Assembly (NCBI GenBank): GCA_016748015.1 | Contig: JAAOMT010000496.1 | Location: 53,022 to 117,021 of the forward strand | Reading direction: 5' to 3' | From: Geosiphon pyriformis uo1 | Lineage: Eukaryota > Fungi > Glomeromycota | DNA: 64,000 bases | Shown here: positions 53,720-64,000 of the stretch, piece after piece | Layout of the letters: every line of letters begins with the position of its first letter | Position numbering within the stretch: the stretch's first letter is position 1 | Position numbers and translations under genes: made by a program | Notes under the pieces: model-generated | What the model saw: only the letters and a program-made list of their open reading frames with translations | Databases searched by the model: none | What the model was told of the DNA's origin: nothing

Positions 53720-55602
53720 TGAATAACTACTAAGACAATACTAATCTGAAAAAAAGTGTTTAAATCAAAAAATGTTTTTTAAATATTAAATAATAATAAA
53801 TAGAAGATCTTACCTATTAATTAGCTTATATATCTTATTGTATCTCAAGTAACATCTTATGTATTTTTGAAATTAAGTTTTTTTCACAGACAAGTTTGTT
53901 TAAGTTACAATTGTTGTGAACAGCAATAACTTTTTGTTGAAGTTCTTTTGTAGTATCATGGCAATATGGATTCTAATTCCAATTCTTTTCAATCATTTCT
54001 AAATACATTAAAGTATATGCTTCTCAATTATAGAGCATTTTTTCTGAACTGTATTTATTTAAATATATATACAATTTTTAACATTATTCTCTGATCTTTT
54101 TCCTAAAATAATTTCCCAGGAAATAATAACACAACTATAAATATTGCTGTATTTGATATAAAATAATAAGTTACAAACTTCAAATACTAAATATTCAATA
54201 ATGCCAAAGATCTTATTAGCCTGTATAGAATAATTGACAAGGCAACAAAATTCTAAATTAACAATAGTCACTTTTAAAGAATTTGATTTTAAAACAAGAA
54301 TATTGTTAGAATACATGTCTTCATGCATTATTTCTGAATTATGCATAAATTTTAGGCCACTAACAATTTAAAAAAAAATACAAAAAATTTTCCAAGTAAA
54401 AATATTTTGGTTTATTTTAAGAAAGACTTTAAAATCTTTATGTTTTACATATAGCAAAACCATAATGAATTTATTGGTCGTAATATTTTTAGTTATTCTA
54501 TAGTATTTAAAGATATATTTTAAGAGACATTTCTAAGATACACAATTAACTATTTAATATATTGTTTAATATTAGAAAAAAAATGAGTATAACAAAAATT
54601 ACATAAATACTTAAAGAAAATATCTTATTTGTATGTTTTAGCTGTTTTTAAAGCAACTTTCATAATCTCATTTCATTTATGCTTTTGATTTTTCAAATCC
54701 AAAAATAGAATTCTGTCTCTCATCTATCTATTTTCTTTAATAATACCAAATCTTATTTCTCTTACCTTATTTAAAATTTGATCTAATTGAAAAGAATTTA
54801 TTCTAAGCAGCTTTATATATATACTGATCAATATTACTATTTTCACTATTATATGTGTTCTAATTTAATAAAAATTATAAATATTTACAAAATTTACAAA
54901 GTGAATTTTTTAATCTGTTGTAGTATTCTGAACATTTTAACAAGTGATTAGAGATATCATTACAAAATAAACATATTAGCAAGTCTTTAAAAATATTGTG
55001 AATATCTATTTTATTAAGAAATCTATTAATAATTATATCTAAGTTTCTACATTTAAGACATTTAAATTAATCTGAAAACTGATAAAAAAAGCTTCAAAAT
55101 TTATACATTTTTTTTTAGAATTAATAGTCTAATTTAACTCTTAATTTTGAAATTGTAAAATTAAATATTTTAGGTCATATTTATTCTTATTCTCAAAATT
55201 GAAAAAATTAAAGGCATTTAAATCAGGAAAATTACTTTGATAATTTAAGTCATTTGTTTCTGCTTTCAAATAGATTTCAAATGCTTTTCAAAGATTTTTT
55301 ATTATTTCCCATTCATTTTGATAATATCATCCAAGATTATATAGTGCAGCTGTATTTTTTTGTTCTGCTGTTTTTGTTAAATTAAGAATAGTTCCAATCC
55401 TATGTTTTAAAAAAAAACCAAATAAGATATAGTCTATTAAACACTTTAAACTTCTATTATTTAAGCAATTAAATAAATCTTTAAGTTTTTTTTGATTGTG
55501 CTCAAGATATATTTTTACCAAGTTAGCAACTTTTGAATATTTGCTAGCTGAGAAAATACTTATTAAATTATTTTTTTTAATTTTAAGTAAAATGTTAAAC
55601 AA
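53720..55602 (-). pseudogene. Sel1-repeat + Cys-rich + TKL-type kinase pseudogene, copy 3 (most Sel1 repeats missing)
   Basis: 55327-55602 SKYSKVANLVKIYL..FGFFLKHRIGT is shared with copies 1 and 2. 54059-54346 reads HEDMYSNNILV..GIIEYLVFE..SNIYSCVIISWEI. Intron 53746-53813 is at the same position as in copy 2. Confidence 0.85.
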
Positions 55603-56173
55603 ACATATCCTATCTTAATTTAAGATCTATACTTTTTAATAAACTCTGGTATTTGTTTAATTTTGTAACTGTTATGATTTAGAACATGTATTTGTTGATT
55701 ATGTATACATACAAAGTATAGCTTAAAACTTTTACTTAGTTAATTATTTATTAGAATAAAATTATGCAGAATTTCTTAATTTAGAGTGATTAGATAATAA
55801 AAAAAAAATATGTAGTATTTTTTTGTTTTTTAATTTTGACAATTAAGTATATAATTATCATTATTGAGCATAAAAAAAACATGCCAAATGTGTAGAAGTC
55901 TCAAAATTTAAGCAATAATTTACCAATCTTGGAATTAGTTGTTTTAATTTTTTGCAAACATTAATAACTTTTCTTTTTTTTTTTTGCTTAAATTTAATTA
56001 ATCTGTTCTGTCTTCTTGATATTTTTTTAACATTTCTATAAGAACTCGTTAATTAGAAAAAAAAAGATTAAAATAAAAAATTCAAAGACAAAAGAATCAG
56101 AAAACTTAAATAAAAATAATAATATATTTAAATTACTTTATATTCTTTCATGTTCATAACAGAATTATGAGGC

Positions 56174-56867
56174 TGATTTTTTTATATAAGTTTTTTTAAC
56201 AGCATAGTTCTGTGTTTTTGTAAAGCTATTTTTTTTATCTACTTTGACAAATTTATTTAATAGTGTTTATTTATTTAGTAGAATCTTTCCAATGTTTAAT
56301 ATCAGCAGAAATATGTGATAAATATTTATAATAACTTATTAATTCTGTTTTTTTAAAAGCTCTAAGGCAAAAATTCAGATTTTTTGTAGTATTTGTGTAT
56401 ATGTGTATATGTAAATAATTAAAGAAATCAAATTATAAATTAATAAAAATTAAAAAACATTAAATTTAATTGTTTAATAGTCATTTAGTTTTTTCTTTAA
56501 TAAATTTTGTNNNNNNNNNNNNNNNNNNNNTGATTTTTTTATATAAGTTTTTTTAACAGCATAGTTCTGTGTTTTTGTAAAGCTATTTTTTTTATCTACT
56601 TTGACAAATTTATTTAATAGTGTTTATTTATTTAGTAGAATCTTTCCAATGTTTAATATCAGCAGAAATATGTGATAAATATTTATAATAACTTATTAAT
56701 TCTGTTTTTTTAAAAGCTCTAAGGCAAAAATTCAGATTTTTTGTAGTATTTGTGTATATGTGTATATGTAAATAATTAAAGAAATCAAATTATAAATTAA
56801 TAAAAATTAAAAAACATTAAATTTAATTGTTTAATAGTCATTTAGTTTTTTCTTTAATAAATTTTGT
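56174..56867. other. Scaffold gap (N x20, 56511-56530) flanked by an identical 337-bp duplication
   Basis: 56174-56510 equals 56531-56867 and both abut the gap, as expected for an unmerged contig overlap. Confidence 0.92.
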
Positions 56868-59800
56868 ATTAGTTTACATGCTTGTATATTAATAACTTTA
56901 TGACATTCCAGTAGTAGTTTGGATAATAACAAGTTGTTTCAAAGAAAAATAACAAAAGTCCAAAGAAAAACAGTTTATTGATTAATGAGTCTTAAACAGC
57001 CTTTCTATTTAAAAATTATATGCTTTATCAGCAATAATGAACCAATTTGTATGATATTATTAATGTAACAAACATTATTAAAATTGACAAATTTTTTAAT
57101 TAAATATAATAGACTAAAAATAATAAAATTTAAAATAATAGAGGGATAAATAAATTGTATTGAATTTTTTGCATAACATAATGCTCAAATATTAAATTTA
57201 TTAAGCAGTAATTGATGCCTAGAATTCGAATATTTTAGGTTGGAATCTCAACAAAATTGTTGCACTAGTATAAAAGATAAAGAATTAAAAGCTTAAGATA
57301 TAATGTCTACAAAATAGTTACAAAATACAAAATCTTAAAAAATTGGATCAATAAAAAAACTTCACAATAGAAGATATTTTAATTATTGATTTGCTGCTTT
57401 AGATTTTTCGTAACAGATTAATAGAAAAGATGACAAAAAGCTTTGATTTCTAAAAAAAAATTCTCAGAGTTAGCTTTCATACCCTTAAAAATTAAGCATT
57501 AAATAATAATAAATATATAAACATAAAAATAACATATATATTTTTCTTTAATCTAAAAAATCAAAACATTTTTCTCAAATTGCTTTAACTGAACAAAATT
57601 TTAAACCAATTTGTGTTAATTTTAATTAGCAATTTTAATTAAATATTCGAATTAATATTGAAATATTATTATTTTAAAGCTCCTTGTATTTTAGCAATTA
57701 TATTTTAGCAATTTTTTTATAATTTATCCAATAAATTTGTGTATTTTTTGAATAATTAAAAGTTTTCTGATGTTAGTGTTATAGTTGGAAAAATGCTCAA
57801 TATTATGCTTATTCACAAATTTTTACAGCAAGATCATTATATTTTGCTACTGTATTCTCTAATAATTGGAAAAAAATACTATTTTCTTTTATTAAACCTA
57901 ATATTTTCTAATATTTTTGAAATAACTTAGATAAAAATTTCATTTGCTTTAAAACATTTTGGCTATTATAAATTTTCCAAAGATATTTTGAAAATTTCAC
58001 TAACAGAATCTTCTATAGTCTGCTGCTTTAGACCACAAAATGAAATTGAAAACTATTATTAAATTCTAATAAAAACTTATGAATTATTTTATAAAATTTT
58101 TTTTAGTTTTTAGTATTAAATACATTTTAGTGAAATAATATTAGAAATATAACTTGTAAATATGTATGTTTTTCTGCTTAATAATACTGAATATTTTAGT
58201 GTTTTAGTTTTTTATTAGAGATAAAAAATATACATGTACTTTGAACAAATATTTAATAAAAAAACACTGAAAATAATAAAATTTTTCAACCAATATAGAT
58301 AATTTTAGATTTAAGACACTAACTCTTTTATACAATAGATTTTTTTTAATTAATATCTTTAAGAATTGAATTATTATTAATAAATTCAAAAATACCAAAT
58401 TTTGTTTTCTTCTTCTTTATTTTATTTAAAAATAGAAGACTTTTTTTTATTGACTTTAATTAAGATTTATAATATTCAAATAAAAAATTAATAATACTTT
58501 ATATTTTTTATTCTTTTCTTTAGAATTTTATTTTGCATTTTATAAAATAAATTTTTTTATTCATATTTAACTGATAAAAGTTTTCAATACTAGAAATTTA
58601 TTCAAAGTATTTTTAATTAAAACAATCTATTTACTATTTATTACAACAGTACATTTAAACAAAAAAAATTTTCAATTTTAATGACCATAACAAAATATTT
58701 TTTATGTTTTTTTATATATTATATTCTGAATTATATAAAAGAAAAAGTTTTGATTCTACCAAAAACTAGTGTTGTATAATAATAGTATGACTAAAAATTT
58801 ATATTTTTTGTTAACAAAGATCAATTAAATTTTTGAAGTTAAAATAAATATTTAATCTGGTATTAGTTTCTAATATTCTATTTTATTTGGACAACTAAAA
58901 TTACATTTAAAAATTGATGCAATATTTCATGAATTCTATAATACATAAATTGAAATAAAAAATTTTATTACTTTACTCTTTATTAGAAATAAGTTAAAAT
59001 AATTTATTTGTTAAATATTAAGAATATATTTATGTGATAATAGATTATGGACCATAAATTTTTAAATATTATTGTTTATTTTTTAACATAACTATCAAGA
59101 ATTCTTTTATTATAATTTAATTTTTTATTAAATATAAGCATCAAAAAATATATAGGTATATTTTTTGAGAAATTTTAATACAAACATTTTATAAATTTTG
59201 GAAATTTATTAGAAAAATAAAAAATATGCTGCAAAATTATGAATTATTCAAATGATTGTCATAAAATAAGCCCATAAAAACTATTGTGTTGCAAGCTTAT
59301 CATATTTTTCTAAAAATATCATCTAGATTTTAAGAATGTATAATGGATAAATTTTGTGCTTTTTTATTTATTGTAACTAAAGAAAATAATGCTTTTTACA
59401 TCAAATCTAACATTTAGGGGCGATATATTACTGATGAATAACTAATATTTTAAATCAAGATTTCTGATGACAAAATCAATATACAATAGGTTTTATTATC
59501 TTTTATTATCACTATTTATTTTAAATATAACACAATATATATTTTCTGTAAATTTATCATTTTGTTTATTAGTGCAAGATTGTATTGTTGATAATTTTTT
59601 AAAACAGTATCTTCTTATTAAGTGTCTTTCAAAAATGATGTAATGAAAGCTATAAATTTTCGGTTAAATAATCAGGATTGTGGAAATAATTCTATAATCT
59701 TAATAAAAAAACTAATTTCTTAGCAATTGAATGTGAATTTAATTATTTAGGCTAAAATCTGCTTTAAAACAGTGGAATATAAAAATAATGAATTTTGCTT

Positions 59801-60189
59801 AATTAACAATTTGCTATTTATCCACAATTTTAAGTGAAGCTAAAGCATTTCTTGCAGAAAAATACACTTTGAGTTTTTGACTGGCCATTTTGTAGTCTAG
59901 ATTTATATCTTAATGAAAATCTGTGGACAATTGTTAAATATTAGGTAGAAAACAAATGCTGCAAAATATGGACAATTCGGCAATATGCTAATCAATTTGG
60001 CAAATTTAATTTGCAGCATTGTGAATTGGTTATCGAAGCAATATTCAAGCTTAGTTTCAAAGTAAATAAAAAAAATAAATGATACAAATAAACAAGTATT
60101 CAAAAAGCAAAATGGAAGTCTTTATCACAAATGATTAACACTTAAAAAATTGCTTTATTTTTCTCCATCCAAGAGATTTTAGACCCATC

Positions 60190-62405
60190 TTGATTTTATG
60201 CTTTCTATTCTAAAAAATCCTCTTCAAGAATATTTTCATATTTGCTTCAATGCCACTGTAGGCGTCTTCCACTCTTGGTCTATCAAATTTGTTTTTTGCC
60301 TTCAACTTTCTTGCATAGATATTTAATTCATCAAATTCTTGAAGTTGCACTGAAGCCGTTAAAATCAGGTATCCAACAGACCATATGTCAACACTCTCAT
60401 TATAATTGTCTTGAAAAATCTCAGGTGTATGGTTTTCTTTAGCAAAGTATGTGTTGGAAGTAGGTGAAGTAGTGTAACACATGTCATAAAAGTCAATGAT
60501 GAACCACTTGTCTCGATTGATGAATTTCAACACATTTTCCCAATGGATATCACGATGCATAATCTTTATTTTGTGAAGAGCCTGGAAATGAATGTTTTAG
60601 TCATAAAATACTCACGTTTCCAAAATAAATGAAATGAAAGCAATAGATACCTTTAGGGTGGTTAAAACACAACATAATGCTTTAATTAGTTGTTGCTTTG
60701 TTTCTGGTTTATATACCATATCCTTTGGTGAAAGGATCACAAACGGCTTTCCTGTTTCATTCTCGTTGATGTGCTTTAGCTAATCAACGAAAAAAACATT
60801 TTAATTGCAAATGTCTTGGTAAATAGCTCGGATATATATGACAGACTGTGTTGAGCGGTAATGTTTCATGACGACATTTTGCATTAATTCAACTACCTTG
60901 CCATTTTACTGGAGAAAGATGACAAATTCTTGCTGAAAATATTATAGAACAGTTTGGCGAAGTAGGGGCAATAATTGACCAATGTTAATTTCTATAATAA
61001 AAGCCTTTATGCGTCCCTCTAGCTCATTCAGTTCACAAGTGAACAAATCTTTTCACACAACCTGTTCTCCTTCCAAATACAAATAGGAGTATATCACTGT
61101 GGTGCATAATATCCAAAGATATAAGGAGATTTTCTGTACATTTATATTAACTTTTCAGTTAATTTCTTCACTGGATTACCCTTAGTATACAGACCCTTTT
61201 CCTCTCCTTTCACAAGACAAGCATCTGACACCAAATAGGAAAGGTCAGGTCATAATTTTCTGGTGGAAGTATGTAAAGATGTATTTTGGCTATATTTACC
61301 CACCCTTGATCTGATAATAAAAGATTTAACAATAAGCGTATCCCAAAGTACAATGAATGAATTTTTCGTTGTGCCGATATTGGGTGGAAAAGTGATGTGT
61401 ATGATAAAGTTGCTCCACACTTTCCAGGAGGCCTCTTCTGAGCTCACAAAAATTTTTTTCAAATAATCCAAAAGGAGTCTTCCCATAAAAAATTCTTCGT
61501 AAAGCGATAGGTAAACTTGGATCGTTTTCATAGATGGCCGCTAAAGCCAAGTAAATAAGTCTGACTTTCCTATAATATAAGGTGGTTTTGCATTGAGCAT
61601 TTTTTTAGTCTGAAAGTACAAGTCAGAATCTGTGTTGGAAAAAAGTTAATTAGACATGCAAATTCAAAAATATATTTCTCTTGATATACTTTCTAACTTA
61701 CCATCAATGCATTTTTTTGCTTGTTCGGTAGTGATGATGAAACAAGAAGAGCAAAAGCACAAAAAAAAAGTGCATGACGTTTTTAACAAATGGTTGCATT
61801 ATTTGCTCACTAATTATCTTGCTCTTCGTCTTTAATTTTTTCAACCAAAAGAGCAATTCTTATTGCTGGTCCTTCTTTTAAGCTTATTGCATAAGTTCTT
61901 CTTTGGTTAATGACAAGAATTCTTGGCCGGCAATCCTGTTGGTCTCGATTATTTCGAGATCTTCTTTTATAAGGCATAGATCAGCTTTCTTTTTCCCAAG
62001 AAACTCAATGACTTGTTGTGGAATCCACTTCTTGATTTCTTTGTTTGGGGTAGTTGAAGCAATATCTTGACCTGGAGTCTTAAATTCCTCCTTGTCCACA
62101 TCTTCTTTGGCAGATTTACCAACATGAAAGTCAAGGTCTAGGAAAGCTATTTTTTCATAGATGACAATGAATGATTCTCCAAAAAACAATATTCGTACCA
62201 AGTCTACTTTACCTTGAGTTAGTTCTGATTTCAGGGGAATTCTGCTTGGGTTAGATGCATCACATGTATTAACATCAGTGATTATAAAATTCTGGTTCTC
62301 ATCTATTTTTTTTCTTTTATTTTCTATAGTCGAATGAGCGCCAACTACCGCAGAAGTACTAGCTTCAGCTTTACCTTCAATGGTTTTCTTTTTGCTGCTC
62401 ATCAT
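60190..62405 (-). pseudogene. Crinkler-like gene: SAM-like domain, REase-like region, C-terminal Ser/Thr kinase; recently disrupted
   Basis: IKKWIPQQVIEFL..IAGQEFLSLTKEELM/LKEGPAIRI is SAM-like, with a frameshift at ~61884. PDLSYLVSDACLVKGEEK is PD-(D/E)xK-like (~61200-61250). Kinase ALHKIKIMHRDIHWENV, IIDFYD, HTPE, VDIWSVG. Clean introns at 60582-60650 and 61630-61701; several stops and frameshifts. Confidence 0.75.
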
Positions 62406-64000
62406 TTGGAAAAATGATACATAAAAAATCTATCATCTTGTGTGACGGAATTCATGTACGTATATATTAAGCCACAAAGGCTAAATTGTTATTTTAATAT
62501 AAAATTTAATAAGTAAATTTTTAATTATAAAAATAAAAATATTATAATTTTAAAGAGTTTTTAAACAATCAAAAAAAATAATTTGTTTTTGTTTATCAGA
62601 TTTTACATTTACAATATTTTAAAAATTATATATAAAATAAATAATTATTCTTAATTTATTTTGTCACAAATACAAATTACGTATTTTATTCCGGAAATTA
62701 GATTTAACGTTTTTGATGTACTTTTAATTTTATTACGTTGTAATCTATCAATCTAATTTAAAATTATTATATTTACATTAAATGATGTTCAAATTTTCAT
62801 TAAGCTAACTTAAACTGAATAATCAAAATCTTTTAGGTTATTTGAATTTATCCAAAAATTTTCAAAGATATTTATATGAAGTTTTGTTGTATTAATGTAA
62901 TTCAAATTTAAGACAATAACTAAATGTATTCTTTGGAATTTTTCATTAAAATTCTTTAGATGTTACAGTTTTTTGCTTTTTGGTTTTAATATAATTCGCA
63001 ACACCGAAATTCTATTTTTTTTGTATCACAAATATTTCTCAAGAGGTACCAAAAATTCACTATTTATTTATCTTATTAACAATTTATTTATAATTGTTGA
63101 AAAATAATTTAAAACTTTTTAAAATTTAAAACAAACGATTCTCAATTAACAAAGTTAAATATACAAAAGAAAATAATACTTTATATTATTGATATATTTT
63201 GACAATAGCCAATTAAAACTAATATATATTTATATAATTTGAAATATTAATTATAATAAAAATCAGCTAAAAGTAAAAATTGGGAAAAACGGTTCTGATG
63301 TATGTATAATTATATAAATTCTTGAGTAATTTAAAAATTGCTTATTTTTCAAAAATTCACAATAACACATTATTTTTTTCTTACATCAATCAAAAACAAT
63401 TAAATGGTTATTTTTTTGCTTTTGTATTTAAAACTACTTATTAATAAACTAAAGAAATGAGTTTTAATTGTAAAATTTAACTAAATTATAGTTATTACAA
63501 ATATTAAAAATAATTTTTATTTTATTTTATTTTTAACTTAATAAGGAAAATAATTCCAAATTTTAAACTTAAAAACTTAAATTAATGAAGACTATTTTTT
63601 TTTACATTTATAAAAAATAAGATCTGTTGCAATAATACCAAATTTTTTTGAATCAAATTTAAATAATAAAAATGAATTTGAACTATTAGATTCATTAGAA
63701 TCAATGTGACGAAAACAATTGCAATATAAATAAAAGTTATTAAATATTCATTTTAAAACTTAAAATAATAATTATGTTTAAAAAATAAATATCTTGAAAT
63801 TTTTACTTTCTTTATAAAATAATATTATTGTATTAATAACAAATTTTAATTGGATAATATATTAATTCTTCTAAAAATTTGCTAAATAAAACTATTTATT
63901 AAAAAAAATACCATATGATATATGGTTAGATAGAAATTAAGTATTGAAGATTAATTTATCTTTAATAATTTTAATAATAAAACAAAAAAGTTGCTGTTCT

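Noticed and set aside
56174-56867. 337-bp perfect direct repeat as a biological duplication or LTR pair
   Set aside because: The copies are identical and abut a 20-N gap, which is the signature of an unmerged contig overlap.
48794-59100. Short ORFs 48794-49048 and 58204-58398 (also 38952-39164) and coding-like traces at 57.6-58.5 kb
   Set aside because: They are low-complexity I/K/N/F/L-rich frames expected by chance in AT-rich DNA, with no motif I can support.

Overview
This is very AT-rich, repeat-dominated eukaryotic DNA with short GT-AG introns and no intact protein-coding gene that I can support. The gene and transposon families suggest a Glomeromycotina/Mucoromycota fungus; the repeats resemble Geosiphon-type ones from memory, which is an inference. 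Positions 1-25.7 kb are a nest of decayed non-LTR retrotransposons: one full-length LINE (ORF1 with RRM-like region and CCHC knuckle; ORF2 with APE, RT, RNase H and C-terminal zinc finger), three LINE 3' portions, and two ~2.3 kb elements that encode only an ORF1-like protein yet end in the same ~125-nt, apparently structured 3' tail plus poly(A) (HAL1-like). A solo LTR with a palindromic 41-bp array interrupts one RNase H domain. Positions 27-56 kb hold a kinase/FAR1(MULE) pseudogene, three Sel1-repeat/kinase pseudogenes and Gypsy/MULE relics. Positions 60.2-62.4 kb hold a recently disrupted Crinkler-like SAM/REase/kinase gene that still retains CpG. Repeats show pervasive C>T and G>A decay. 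A 20-N scaffold gap is flanked by a 337-bp artefactual duplication. Boundaries of decayed features are approximate and were read by eye.
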